Below are positions 48,695 to 59,900 of a stretch of 64,000 nt of DNA, in pieces. The translations under genes were made by a program, and so were the position numbers. This stretch comes from Thermoflexia bacterium (GTDB lineage Bacteria > Chloroflexota > Anaerolineae > B4-G1), in assembly GCA_011192155.1 (NCBI GenBank), contig DUEK01000012.1:541-64540 (forward strand). Direction: 5' to 3'. The notes below the pieces were generated by a model. The model did not search any database and was not told the DNA's origin. It saw only the letters and a program-made list of their open reading frames with translations. Positions within the stretch are counted from its first letter, which is position 1; each line of letters starts with the position of its first letter.

Positions 48695-49678
48695 ATGAAA
48701 CGACAATGGAAACTATGGCTTGGATTGATCATCAGCGCGGCGGCGCTGGTTTTGGCGCTACGGGGCATCAATGACCCGCGCCAGGTGGCGGCGGCGTTGG
48801 CCCAGGCGGAATACGTTTACCTTGTCCCGGCCACTGTGGGGATTTTTTGTTTTTTGTTTACCCGCTCCGTCCGCTGGCGATTGTTGCTGGGGCCGCAGGT
48901 GAGCGTTTCTCGCTCCTTCTGGGTCACCAACATCGGCTACCTGGTGAGCAACGTACTCCCCTTCCGCTTGGGCGACCCGGCCCGGGCGGTGGTGATTGCG
49001 CGAGGCGGCGAAATATCAACCGCCGCCGCCTTCTCCACCGTCGTCGTGGAGCGGGTGCTGGATATGCTGATGGTGGTCGCTCTCTTGGCGGGCGTGGCCC
49101 CTTTTGTGAGCGGGACCGGCAGCGCGGTGAGCGCCGGCTTGATCGCGGGGGGCGCGGTGCTGGCTGCTTTGGCAGTGTTGCTGCTTCTGGCGTTCCGACC
49201 GGATTGGGGGCGGCGGGCGACGCGATGCGCGCTGGGCTGGATTCCCCGCCTGGACGGAGAGCGCTGGGCGCAGGCGTTCGATGGCCTGTTCGATGGCCTC
49301 GCTCCCCTGCGCTCCGGTCGGCGCGCGCTGGCGTTGTTGGCCTGGTCGGTGGTGACTTGGGCCTGTGTGGTTGCCTATTACGGGGCATTTCTACGGGCAT
49401 TTTTGCCTCAACCCCCGGCCCTGGCCGCCCCTTTCCTCGTCTGCACCGTGGGGTTGGGGATGGCGATACCCTCCTCGCCCGGCGCGATGGGCGTCTTTCA
49501 CGCTGTCGCCCGCTACGGGCTGACTATTCCCTTTGGCGTGCCGGTGGATCAGGCGGTCACTATCGCTTTTGCTATGCACACCTTCCAGTACGTGTTGGGC
49601 TGTCTGTTGGGATTGGTTGGGTTGTGGCAGGAGAGTCTCTCGCTAAGCTGGGTGCGGGATCAGGCGACTAACGCATAA
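48695..49678 (+). CDS. Lysylphosphatidylglycerol synthase TM-domain / flippase-like protein
   Basis: RWRLLL, NVLPFRLGD..R, ERVLD, IPSSPGAMG; multi-TM. Confidence 0.85.
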   Translation: MKRQWKLWLGLIISAAALVLALRGINDPRQVAAALAQAEYVYLVPATVGIFCFLFTRSVRWRLLLGPQVSVSRSFWVTNIGYLVSNVLPFRLGDPARAVVIARGGEISTAAAFSTVVVERVLDMLMVVALLAGVAPFVSGTGSAVSAGLIAGGAVLAALAVLLLLAFRPDWGRRATRCALGWIPRLDGERWAQAFDGLFDGLAPLRSGRRALALLAWSVVTWACVVAYYGAFLRAFLPQPPALAAPFLVCTVGLGMAIPSSPGAMGVFHAVARYGLTIPFGVPVDQAVTIAFAMHTFQYVLGCLLGLVGLWQESLSLSWVRDQATNA

Positions 49679-49774
49679 AGACCCTGCCGACGGTTTTGTT
49701 TGTGCGACTGTTGGCGTTGGGCTATAATAGACTGGTCGCTTGGTGCGCAGAATCTGTATACAAAAGGAGACTGA

Positions 49775-50800
49775 ATGACGAAACAATATCTGGTCACCGG
49801 TGGAGCAGGCTTTATCGGTTCCAATTACGTTCATCGCCTGCTGGGCCGGGGCGAGAGAGTGACGGTGTACGATAACCTATCTCGCCGGGGGACGGATGCC
49901 AACGTGGACTGGCTGCGCCAGCAGCACCCTGAATCCTTCCAACTGGTTATGGCCGACCTGCGCGATTACGATACCCTGGCCCAGGCGGCGCGGGACGTCG
50001 ATGTCGTCGTCCACCTGGCCGGGCAGACGGCCGTCACCACCTCCGTGACCGACCCCCGCTCCGACTTTGAGGATAACGCCCTCGGCACCTTCAACGCGCT
50101 GGAGGCCGCCCGGCGCGCCCCCAGCAACCCCATCTTTCTCTACTCCTCCACCAACAAAGTCTACGGCGGGATGGAGGATGTGGCCGTGGTCGAGCAAGAG
50201 ACCCGCTACGCCTACCGCGACTTTCCGCTCGGCATCCCAGAAACTCAGCCGCTCGACTTCCACTCGCCCTACGGCTGTTCCAAGGGCGCTGGCGACCAGT
50301 ATGTGCGCGACTATGCCCGCATCTATGGCCTGCCGACGGTGGTCTTTCGTCAGTCGTGCATCTACGGCCCGCGCCAGATGGGCGTCGAGGATCAGGGCTG
50401 GGTGGCATGGTTCATCATCGCCGCTCTCACCGGCCAGCCCATCACCATCTATGGCGACGGCAAGCAGGTGCGTGACGTGCTCTTTGTGGACGATTTGTTG
50501 AACGCCTACGACGCTGCCATCGCCCGCATTGATGTCACCGCCGGGCAGGTCTATAACGTCGGCGGGGGGCCATCACACACCATGTCTGTCTGGGCCGAGT
50601 TCGGCCCCATTCTGGAGCGCATCATTGGCCATCCCATCTCCACCTCCGACAGCGACTGGCGACCGGGCGACCAACCCATCTACATCTCTGACGTCCGCAA
50701 GGCCGGGCGCGATCTGGGCTGGCGGCCCATCGTCGGCGTAGAAGCAGGCATCCGCCGCCTGTACGATTGGGTCGTCGCCCGTCAACATCTTTTCGTGTAA
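49775..50800 (+). CDS. NAD-dependent sugar epimerase (CDP-paratose 2-epimerase-like SDR)
   Basis: TGGAGFIG, AGQTAVTTS, STNKVYG, SPYGCSK, EDQGWVAW, RPGDQ. Confidence 0.88.
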   Translation: MTKQYLVTGGAGFIGSNYVHRLLGRGERVTVYDNLSRRGTDANVDWLRQQHPESFQLVMADLRDYDTLAQAARDVDVVVHLAGQTAVTTSVTDPRSDFEDNALGTFNALEAARRAPSNPIFLYSSTNKVYGGMEDVAVVEQETRYAYRDFPLGIPETQPLDFHSPYGCSKGAGDQYVRDYARIYGLPTVVFRQSCIYGPRQMGVEDQGWVAWFIIAALTGQPITIYGDGKQVRDVLFVDDLLNAYDAAIARIDVTAGQVYNVGGGPSHTMSVWAEFGPILERIIGHPISTSDSDWRPGDQPIYISDVRKAGRDLGWRPIVGVEAGIRRLYDWVVARQHLFV

Positions 50801-50826
50801 CTTGCAACTTGCCCGCTTGCACGCTT

Positions 50827-52002
50827 ATGAAAATACTCATCATGCTCACCTACTACCGCCCTCACACCAGCGGCCTTACTATCTACGCCGAGCGGTTGGC
50901 GCGGGGGCTGGCGGCGCGCGGCCACACCGTCACCGTGCTGACCTCCCACACCCACGTCCCCCGCTCCCATCCCCAAGAGACGATGGAGGATGGTGTGCGG
51001 GTCGTGCGCGCGCCGGTGCTGTTTCGCATCAGCAAGGGCGTCATCATGCCCACCATCGGTCTTTTGGCTACCAGGGAGGTGCTGCGGCACGACGTCGTCT
51101 GCCTCCACTTGCCGCAATTCGACGCGGCCGGCGTGGCGCTGCGCGGTCGCCTGCTCGGCAAACCCACCACGCTGACCTACCACTGCGACCTGAAACTCCC
51201 GCCGGGCCTGTTCAACGTCGCCGTCAACCAGGTCGTTCACGTGATGAACCGGCTGGCCGGTATCTTTTCTGACCGGGTGATCGCCTACACGCAGGATTTT
51301 GCCGGCCATTCTCCCTTCTTGCACGCTTTTCGCCGCAAAGTGGACATCATCCCCCCGCCGGTGGAACTGCCGCAGGTGGGGCCGGACGCGGCGGCCGCTT
51401 TTGCCAAAATGCACGATCTGGACGGGAGCGGCCCCGTGATCGGCATGGCGACGCGGCTGGCGTCTGAAAAGGGAGTCGAGATTTTGCTGAACGCGCTGCC
51501 GCGCGTGTTGGAAGTCTACCCCAAAGCACGCGTGCTCTTTGCCGGCCAGCACCAGGACGTGATGGGCGAGGAGGCTTACGCCCGGCGGCTGGCCCCGCTC
51601 TTCCGCCGCTACGAGGACGAGGGCCGCTGGAAGTTCCTGGGCGTTCTCAATCCGGCGCAAATGGCGGCCTTTTACCCCAACTTGGACGTGATCCTCATCC
51701 CCAGCCTCAACTCGACCGAGTCGTTCGGCCTGGTGCAGGCAGAGGCTATGTTGTGCGGCACGCCTTCCATTGCCAGCGACCTGCCGGGCGTGCGTCAGCC
51801 CGTGCTCCAATCGGGAATGGGCGAGGTCGCGCCGGTGGGCGATAGCGCTGGGTTAGCTAAAGCCATCATCAAAGTGATCGGCAACAAATCGAACTATGTG
51901 CGGCCCAGGCAAGAGATCGCCGGCCGCTGGTCCACCGAACGCACGGCGGCGGGGTACGAAGCCCTCTTTGAGCGATTGTTGAAGGAGAAGCGGAGTGAGT
52001 GA
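50827..52002 (+). CDS. GT4 family glycosyltransferase
   Basis: EKG, PSLNSTESFGLVQAEAMLCGTP. Confidence 0.9.
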   Translation: MKILIMLTYYRPHTSGLTIYAERLARGLAARGHTVTVLTSHTHVPRSHPQETMEDGVRVVRAPVLFRISKGVIMPTIGLLATREVLRHDVVCLHLPQFDAAGVALRGRLLGKPTTLTYHCDLKLPPGLFNVAVNQVVHVMNRLAGIFSDRVIAYTQDFAGHSPFLHAFRRKVDIIPPPVELPQVGPDAAAAFAKMHDLDGSGPVIGMATRLASEKGVEILLNALPRVLEVYPKARVLFAGQHQDVMGEEAYARRLAPLFRRYEDEGRWKFLGVLNPAQMAAFYPNLDVILIPSLNSTESFGLVQAEAMLCGTPSIASDLPGVRQPVLQSGMGEVAPVGDSAGLAKAIIKVIGNKSNYVRPRQEIAGRWSTERTAAGYEALFERLLKEKRSE

Positions 52003-52303
52003 GGATCGGCTGCCCGAGTTCACCCATCGCTACTTTTGGGACATTGACCCGGCGGAGCTGGACGTCGGCGAGTACCCGCGTTACGTCATTGAGCGATTGT
52101 TAGAGTACGGCGACCTGCCCTCAGTGCGCTGGATGGAACGCCGCTTTTCCCGCGAGGAGATCGTGGAGGTGTTAAAGAGCAGCCGCGCGCTCTCTCGCAA
52201 AAGCGCCAATTTCTGGCTGGGCGTACTGAATGTGCCGCGTGAGGAAGTGAGATGTATGTCGAGAGTATTTCAGCAAAAGTACAGGCAAATCTGGAACTGG
52301 TAG
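51995..52303 (+). CDS. DUF6922-like protein, putative antitoxin
   Basis: YFWDID...VIERLLEYGD...SANFW; overlaps the following nucleotidyltransferase. Confidence 0.7.
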   Translation: MSEDRLPEFTHRYFWDIDPAELDVGEYPRYVIERLLEYGDLPSVRWMERRFSREEIVEVLKSSRALSRKSANFWLGVLNVPREEVRCMSRVFQQKYRQIWNW

Positions 52304-52878
52304 GTCAGACCCCGCTGGTGGATTGCTTCTATCTGGCCGGCGGCACGGCGATTGCTTTGCACCTGGGACATCGCCATTCTCACGACTTGGATTTCTTTTC
52401 GCCCGCGCTGTTTGACAAGGGTGATCCTCGGCGATTTTTGGGTTCGCTGGGCCAGCTAACTGTGGAGCAGGAGGACGAGGGTACTTTTCTTGGCGCCCTC
52501 AACGATGTCCGCATCAGCTTTTTTATCTATCCCTATCCTCTTTTGGTTTCACCGGTGCTATTTGGTGCAGTGCGTATAGCGGCGCCCGAGGATCTGATAG
52601 TGATGAAATTGGATGCAATTGCCGCCAGGGGCAAAAAGCGAGACTTTATTGACCTGTACTTTATGTGTCGAGAATCCCTTCCTTTGTACGAGATGCTTCC
52701 GCTCGTAGAGCAAAAGTACGAGGGGGTAAAGTATAATTTCACTCACCTCCTAAAGAGCCTGACTTACTTTGAGGACGCCGAAGCCGACCCTATGCCCCAA
52801 ATGCTCAAGCCGGTATCCTGGCACGACGTGCGCTGCTTTTTTGAACAAGAGGCCCAGTCGCTGCTCCGCCAACTGTGA
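52252..52878 (+). CDS. AbiEii/AbiGii-family nucleotidyltransferase
   Basis: YLAGGTAIAL..GHRHSHDLDFF, MKL.AI..RG.KRDFIDLY. Confidence 0.85.
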   Translation: MYVESISAKVQANLELVGQTPLVDCFYLAGGTAIALHLGHRHSHDLDFFSPALFDKGDPRRFLGSLGQLTVEQEDEGTFLGALNDVRISFFIYPYPLLVSPVLFGAVRIAAPEDLIVMKLDAIAARGKKRDFIDLYFMCRESLPLYEMLPLVEQKYEGVKYNFTHLLKSLTYFEDAEADPMPQMLKPVSWHDVRCFFEQEAQSLLRQL

Positions 52879-54998
52879 GCGCCGGAGGACGGTGGATGGA
52901 CATTGAGATCTCGGCGACTCACTCCAGGCGCTACGCGCTGCTCGTCGTAGGATGGCTGCTCCTGGCAGGGGGCATGGCGATCCTGGCGCTGGATAACGTC
53001 CCCTCTCCCCTGGAACCGTTCGACATCTGGCTGCAACTCCGCCTGGCTGCCCTCCACGTAGATGCACCAATGGGGCCGGGCGTGTGGCTGCCCGGACTCC
53101 TCTCACTGCTGATCGGGATGATCCTCATCGCTTGGGCGGGGAGAGGGTCGCTCAGGCTGCCGGGCGCGCCTGTCTTCTCCATTCAGCCGCCGCCCGCTAT
53201 GGCCCGCGCGCTCCTTTCATACCGCCGGGTTGGGTTGTTGCTGTTGAGCGTCCTGTTCTGGGAATTGGTAATGTTCGCCGTGATAACGGATTCGACCCAC
53301 CGGGCCGTTCTTCCGCTGTGGCTGGCGGCGATCACGGCCCAGGCGGTTTGCTGGCGGCTGGCGGACCGCGATCGGGAAGTGTCGTTCCCCTCCGCTCGCT
53401 GGAGCCGTTCTATATGGCCGCTGCTGCTGGCATTGTCGCTCGCCTTTGGCGTGACGCTCTATCGCCTGGGCGACGTGCCGAACAACATGTGGCGGGACGA
53501 ACGGGCCTTTTGGACCTGGGCGCGCGATTTGGCGTATGGCCTGCCCGCCAACCCATTCGACCTGGGCGTGTACGGCGCGTTTCCCGTGACCAGTTCGCTC
53601 TTTCAGAGTTTGTGGATCAGGCTGTTCGGCCCCACCGTGTGGAGTTGGCGCCTGGGATCGGTGGTGGCTGGGACGCTCACCATCGTGCCGCTCTTCTTTC
53701 TGACGCGCAGATTATTGGGCCGCCGCGTGGCTTGGTCGGCGGTAGTGTTGATGGTCAGTATGCCGTTTTTCCTGGCCTATGCCCGCATTGGCTACAACAG
53801 CATTCAACCTCTGCTGCCCCTCACCGCCGGACTGTGGTTGTTGGTCGAATCGCTGCGCAAACAGAGCCGCCTGCTGGCCTATCTCTCTGGCGTGGCCTGC
53901 GGAATGGCATCTCTTACTTATATGAATGGGCATATTGGGCTGATACTGGCAGTATTGACCGTGCTGTTCTTCTTTTTTACCCGCCCGCCGCTGCGCCGCT
54001 CGCTGCTTCCGTTGACCGCCTGTCTCTTGATGGGCTGGCTGTTGACGGCCGGCCCGCTCGTGCTCGGCTCTGTGCTGGGCGGCAAACCGGTGGCAATGAA
54101 AGTGTGGGAGAGCTTTTTTGGCAGCGCCTTTTACGGCGAGCGCGTCTTTTCGGCGGACGCACTGACGCGGCTATATCCCCTGTGGCGGATCGGCCCGCAC
54201 CAGATTTTCTTTGAACCTCGCTTGTATGGGCTGCTGCTCGGACGCGGCCTGCTGCGCACCGCGTTGAGCCTGGTCGCCGATGGATTTTTCACCAAGCACT
54301 ACCTCGTCGGGCCGTTCGCGGGACCGGGAGCGATCTTTTGCCTGGCGGGGCTGGCCTGGACCTTGAGCCGCTGTCGCCGCTGGCCGGCCGCGCTGTGGGC
54401 GACGTGGACGTTATCCTGCCTGCTCCTATTCAGCGCGCTCAACACCTTTCCCCCGCGCGGCGCCCATCTGACGCCCATCATCCCAGTTCTGGCCGTGCTA
54501 TCAGCGATTGGCGTTTGGTTGTTGAGCGGTTCGCTACGCTGGGTCACGTCCGCGCGCAGGGCCGATTGGGTCGGCGTCGCGCTGACCGTCATCCTGGCGC
54601 TGCTGGGATTGCGCTCCTATTTCGTCGTCATGCCCCGCCGGTACCCGCCAAACCTGGAGGACGTGATCTTTTGGCGGGCGCAGGAGATGGAGACTGGCTC
54701 CAACTTGGTGTTTGTGGAGGGGGACTCCTCGCCGGGATTTAGCGTGTGGGGCATAGAGCACTTTGACCTGGGCGTGACCTACCACAGCGTGCCGGCTGAG
54801 AGAGTGCAGAGCGCCGATTTCCGCGCCCTGTGCGGCTCAGACTGCCACGTGTTTTGCCTGCCGGAGGATGCGCAAGTTGTGCTGGAGCGATTGCGCGCCC
54901 AGTTGGGCGCCGGCGCGGTGCGGGCGCATTTTGGCCCTGGCGGGCGAGTTGTCGGAGTAGAGTTCGCGCCGCAGCCGGCGGGAGGAAACCCGCCGTGA
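52875..54998 (+). CDS. GT-C (PMT/ArnT-like) glycosyltransferase
   Basis: Multi-TM; loop WRDE acidic pair; LFG...WSWR; YARIG. Confidence 0.8.
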   Translation: MSAGGRWMDIEISATHSRRYALLVVGWLLLAGGMAILALDNVPSPLEPFDIWLQLRLAALHVDAPMGPGVWLPGLLSLLIGMILIAWAGRGSLRLPGAPVFSIQPPPAMARALLSYRRVGLLLLSVLFWELVMFAVITDSTHRAVLPLWLAAITAQAVCWRLADRDREVSFPSARWSRSIWPLLLALSLAFGVTLYRLGDVPNNMWRDERAFWTWARDLAYGLPANPFDLGVYGAFPVTSSLFQSLWIRLFGPTVWSWRLGSVVAGTLTIVPLFFLTRRLLGRRVAWSAVVLMVSMPFFLAYARIGYNSIQPLLPLTAGLWLLVESLRKQSRLLAYLSGVACGMASLTYMNGHIGLILAVLTVLFFFFTRPPLRRSLLPLTACLLMGWLLTAGPLVLGSVLGGKPVAMKVWESFFGSAFYGERVFSADALTRLYPLWRIGPHQIFFEPRLYGLLLGRGLLRTALSLVADGFFTKHYLVGPFAGPGAIFCLAGLAWTLSRCRRWPAALWATWTLSCLLLFSALNTFPPRGAHLTPIIPVLAVLSAIGVWLLSGSLRWVTSARRADWVGVALTVILALLGLRSYFVVMPRRYPPNLEDVIFWRAQEMETGSNLVFVEGDSSPGFSVWGIEHFDLGVTYHSVPAERVQSADFRALCGSDCHVFCLPEDAQVVLERLRAQLGAGAVRAHFGPGGRVVGVEFAPQPAGGNPP

Positions 54999-56929
54999 AA
55001 CGCGACCGCGTGACCTCTGGCCTGCTGCTGCTCGCTGGCGTGGGATTCGCGCTCCTGGGCCAGTTCTACTTTACCTACCGACGAGAGTACGCACAGGACG
55101 GCGTTTTCTTCTGGTGCGCCGCTATCCTCTCGTTCGGGCTGCTCCTGTGGCGGACGAGGTGGCAGAGGAGCAGCCGCTCCGCCCGACGATTCCTGATTCT
55201 GGTACGCGAGCACCCCTGGCGCGCGCTGCTTGGACTGGCCTGCGCGTCGTTCGCATTACTGGCCGGGTATCTGGCCCGCCAGCGGCTCGAAACAGCGGGC
55301 TTTGCCGATCTTCTCTGGCTGTGGCTGGCCGGCGTAACCGGATTTCTGCTGGCTCTCGCGCTGCCTTTCTCATTTGGCAAGGCGAGGGGGCGCTTTTTTC
55401 GTTGGCTCCGTGGAAATCGAGTTGAGCTGGCGTGGCTGGCCGCGTTGCTGCTGGTCTCGTTGCTCGCGCGCGCCTTTGATCTGGAGCACATCCCCGCCAA
55501 CCTGGGCGGCGACGAGGGCACTCAGGGGATGGCGGCGCTGGAACTCTTGGGGCCGCCGTTGGGCAACCCCTTCTCGACCGGTTGGTTTGCCGTGCCCACC
55601 ATGTCCTTCCTGTGGTATGGGCTGGGAATGAAACTGTTCGGCGTGACCGTAGCCGGGCTGCGGGCCGCTTCTGCGCTGACCGGTACGCTCACTGTGCTGA
55701 CCACCTTCCTGCTGGCGCGAGAGCTGTGGGGCCGGCGAGTGGCGTGGTTGGCGGCGCTATTGCTTGCCTGCTCGCACTTTCATATCCACTTTAGCCGCCT
55801 CGGCTCCAACCAGATCGGCGACGGGCTGTTCGTCACGCTCGCTCTGTGGCTGCTCGCGCGCGGCTTGCGCTCCAAGAACCCGCTTTACTTTGCTCTATCT
55901 GGCGCGGTGACGGGGTTGGGCTGGTACGGCTACTTTGGGGCGCGCCTGGTCGGCATCATCCTGGCGCTCTATCTCGTCTGGCGGCTGATGGTGGAGCACC
56001 GCTTCCTGACCCGTTATGGAGGATTGCTGTTCCTTTTGCTCGTTGCTGCCGTGATCGTCGCTGCGCCGCTCCTGCTCCACTTTTTCCAACATCCCGATAG
56101 AATGACGTCTCGGCTCCAGCAGGTCAGTATCTTTACCTCCGGCTGGTTGGAGCGGGAGCAAGAGATCACCGGGCGCAGCGCCGCCAGCCTGCTCCTGGAA
56201 CAGTTCTGGAAATCGCTCTCCGCTTTTAACTACACACTCGACCCTACTTTTTGGTACCGTCCCTCCATTCCCCTGCTCGATTTTGTCAGCGGCGTGTTGT
56301 TCGTGCTGGGGCTGGTGTGGGTGACGGTCAAATATCGTTGGCCCGCCAATGGTCTGCTGCTCGTCTGGTTCTGGCTGGCCCTGATTCTGGGCTGGGTGCT
56401 GACCGAGAATCCGCCCAGCAGTATGCGCATGACGGGCATTGCCCCGGCCCTCTCGATTTTCGTCGCCCTGGGCCTAGACTGGCTGGCGCGCCTCACGCCT
56501 CACGCCTCACGCCTCACGCCTTACGCATTATGTCTCATCGCCACCCTCAACCTCCACTACTACTTTGCCATCTATACCCCCACCCGCATCTATGGCAACC
56601 CGACCGCCGAGATCGGCACTGAACTAGGCCGCTACCTGGCGCTGCAGGATGACGATTATGTGGTATACTTTCACGCGCCGCCGCGCATGTACTGGGGCTT
56701 TGGCGCGTTGCGCTTCATAGCGCGGGGTGTCAAAGGAATGGATGTGGCGGAGGGCGCTCTCCCGCAGCCCGATTCGGCGCGTGGCGCGCGCTTTATCTTT
56801 CTTCCCAGCCGGCTGGACGAACTATCCGTCATCCGCGCTCGTTACCCCGGTGGCATGGAGCGGCCCATTTACTCTGACGCCGACGGCCGCTTGTTGTATG
56901 TACTCTATGAGGTGAGAGAAACAGAATGA
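54995..56929 (+). CDS. GT-C (PMT/ArnT-like) glycosyltransferase
   Basis: GTGA overlap with the previous gene; GGDE, LFG...GLR, HIHFSRLG; multi-TM. Confidence 0.8.
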   Translation: MKRDRVTSGLLLLAGVGFALLGQFYFTYRREYAQDGVFFWCAAILSFGLLLWRTRWQRSSRSARRFLILVREHPWRALLGLACASFALLAGYLARQRLETAGFADLLWLWLAGVTGFLLALALPFSFGKARGRFFRWLRGNRVELAWLAALLLVSLLARAFDLEHIPANLGGDEGTQGMAALELLGPPLGNPFSTGWFAVPTMSFLWYGLGMKLFGVTVAGLRAASALTGTLTVLTTFLLARELWGRRVAWLAALLLACSHFHIHFSRLGSNQIGDGLFVTLALWLLARGLRSKNPLYFALSGAVTGLGWYGYFGARLVGIILALYLVWRLMVEHRFLTRYGGLLFLLLVAAVIVAAPLLLHFFQHPDRMTSRLQQVSIFTSGWLEREQEITGRSAASLLLEQFWKSLSAFNYTLDPTFWYRPSIPLLDFVSGVLFVLGLVWVTVKYRWPANGLLLVWFWLALILGWVLTENPPSSMRMTGIAPALSIFVALGLDWLARLTPHASRLTPYALCLIATLNLHYYFAIYTPTRIYGNPTAEIGTELGRYLALQDDDYVVYFHAPPRMYWGFGALRFIARGVKGMDVAEGALPQPDSARGARFIFLPSRLDELSVIRARYPGGMERPIYSDADGRLLYVLYEVRETE

Positions 56930-59900
56930 CCTCACGCAACACGAATCACGTTTCACTGCTTATCCTGACCGCTATTCTTCTCGTGGGAGGCTATCTCCGC
57001 TTCACCAACCTGCACTGGGACGAGGGGTTGTGGATCCATCCAGACGAGGCGCACATGCAGAACACCCTGGGGGCCATCCACACGCCAGATAGCGCGTCGC
57101 TCTACTTTGACACGCATAACTCGCCCCTCAACGTGCGCAACAACCAGGATCGGCGCTACAGTTACGGCACCTTGCCGCTCTTTCTGACGCGCATAACGGC
57201 CGAGTGGCTCGACCTGGCCTGCGCCGAATCTCCCTCTAGCTTGAGCGCGGCCGCGGCGATGCTGTTCGTGGGGCCGCCTGACCCAGACTCGAACACCATC
57301 TGCAACCCCGGTACGTTCACGGGCGCGCGCAGCAAGCAGGTAGGGCGGACGCTTTCGGCGCTGGCCGACCTGGGTACTTTAGTGCTCGTCTACTTGATCG
57401 GACGGCGGCTGTACAGAGAGGGCGTCGGGCTGCTGGCAGCGGGCTTGGGCGCGCTGATGGCGTTCCCCATTCAGCAATCTCACTTTTTCACCGTGGATAG
57501 CATGGCCTGTTTCTTCACCCTGCTGACCGCCTACTTTTCCGTCCGCGCGGGCCAAACAGGGCGTTGGGCCAATTTTGCTCTGGCGGGTCTGGCGACCGGT
57601 CTGTCCGCTGCCTGCAAAGTCAGTGCGGCTCCAGCCGCCCTCCTCGTCGTTCTGGCCGCCGTATGGCGATGGACGCAGTCGTTCCCTCGCTCCTCTGCTC
57701 CTCCGCTCCTTCGCTCCTTCACTCCTTTGCTCCTTCGCCTTCTCCTCACCGGCCTCCTTGCCTTCCTCGCCTTCCGCATTGCCCAACCCTACGCTTTCGA
57801 GGGGCCGGGCTTTTTCGGTCTGCGCCCCAGCCCGGAGTGGTTTGAGCGGTTGGGCCAAATCGCCCACGAGCAGAGCGGCGAGGTTGACTTTCCCTCCGGC
57901 CGGCAGTGGGCCGATCGCGCTCCCATCCTTTTTCCTCTGAAGGACATACTGTTCTGGGGCATGGGGTTGCCTTTGGGGCTGGCCGCTTGCGCCGGCTGGG
58001 CACTGGCGGGGTTCGAGTTGTGGCGCGGCGAGCGCGCTCACCTGATCCTGTGGGGCTGGGGGACGCTCACTTTCCTCTATCACGCTACCCGTTGGGTCAA
58101 GACCATGCGCACATTCCTCCCGCTGTATCCCATACTCGCCATCCTGGCCGCTTATCTGTTGATTCGCCTGATTCGTCTCCCTCGCCTGTCATTGGGCATT
58201 GGGCATTGGACATTGAACATTGGACGTTGGATATTGGCTATTTGCCTCGCCGGTACGCTTCTTTGGGCGCTCGCTTTCTTCTCTATCTACCTGCGGCCCC
58301 ACACACGCCTGGCATCCTCGCGCTGGATCATTGCCAACATCCCGCCTGGCTCCACGCTGGCTAACGAACACTGGGACTGGGGGCCGCCGCTGCGGGTGGA
58401 CGGCCTCGACCCCATGGGCGGCATGTTCAGCGGTTTTGAAATGCAGCACTATAACGAGGACGACCTGAACAAGCGCGCACAACTGTTCGACTGGCTCGAC
58501 CGGGCCGATTACGTTATCATCGGCAGCAACCGGGTTTACGCCTCCATCGCCCGCCTCCCGGCCCGCTACCCGCTGACGACCGCGTACTATCGCGCCCTCT
58601 TTGCCGGGGAACTGGGCTTTGAACTGCTGGCCGATTTCAGCTCCTACCCGGCGTTGGGGCCGTTCCGGTTCCCCGATCAGGAGGAGCCCTATCCCCTGAA
58701 AACATCGAAAACCCCTGAGGTTTTCCGAAACCCCTGGGGTTTGAATCCCATCGAAATTCACCTCCCCCCGCCCGACGAAGCCTTTAGTGTTTACGACCAT
58801 CCCCGCGTGCTCATCTTTCAAAAAACAGACGCCTACTCTGCCCAACTCGTGCAAGATGTGCTGGGCGGCATTGACGTGGAGCGCGCGCTGCACGGACTCA
58901 CGCCCCTCGAAGTCAGCGCCGCCCCCGACATGCTAGAGTTCGACCCCCAGACCTGGGCCGAGCAACAGGCCGGCGGTACCTGGTCGGAGATGTTCGATAG
59001 AGATAGCCTCCTCAACCGCTACCCGGCGCTGGCGGCCGTCGCTTGGTGGCTCGTCGTCGCCATACTGGGCTGGCTGGCCTTTCCGCTTCTATTCGCTGCG
59101 CTCCCCCGCCTGCGCGACCGGGGCTACGGGCTGGCGCGGGTGCTGGGCCTGCTGCTGATAGCTTATCTCACTTGGCTAGTGGCCAGCCTGCGCATCCTGC
59201 CGAACACACGCGGCACGATTCTGCGGATGGCGCTGCTCCTGGCGCTGGTCGGCGGCGGGGTGGGGTGGTTCAAGCGACAGCGATTGCGCCGCTTCCTGCT
59301 CGTTCGCTGGCGGCTGCTTTTGCTGGTCGAGGCGCTATTCGCGCTGCTCTACGCGGCCTGGATCGGCGTGCGGCTCCTCCAACCCGACCTGTGGCACCCC
59401 ATCGTCGGCGGCGAGAAGCCAATGGACTTTGCCTATCTCAACGCGGTGATGAAATCCACCTGGTTCCCGCCCTACAACCCCTGGTTCTCTGGCAGTTGGA
59501 TCAATTACTATTATTTCGGCTTTGTCATCATCGGCTCGCTGATCAAGCTGATTGGCACGGTTCCCGCCATCGCTTACAACCTGGCGGTGCCCTTGCTATT
59601 TGCGCTGACCGGTGTGGGCGCTTTCTCCGTTGCCTACAACCTCTTTGGCGGACGCAAACGAGGACGCCTCCTGGCGGGGCTGATGGCGCTCGCCTTCACC
59701 GTCCTGCTGGGCAACCTGGGCGTGGTGCACCTCATCCGCGCCAAGTTGATCGAGTTGGGCGGCGAACTGTTCCCTAGCACCATCCCCGCCCTGCCAGAAA
59801 CGGTCGCCATGTTTCGTGGGTTGTGGGAGGTGATCGCCCACGGCGTAAAGCTGCCGCTGCGCACCGAATCCTGGTATTGGCATCCCACCCGCATCATCCC

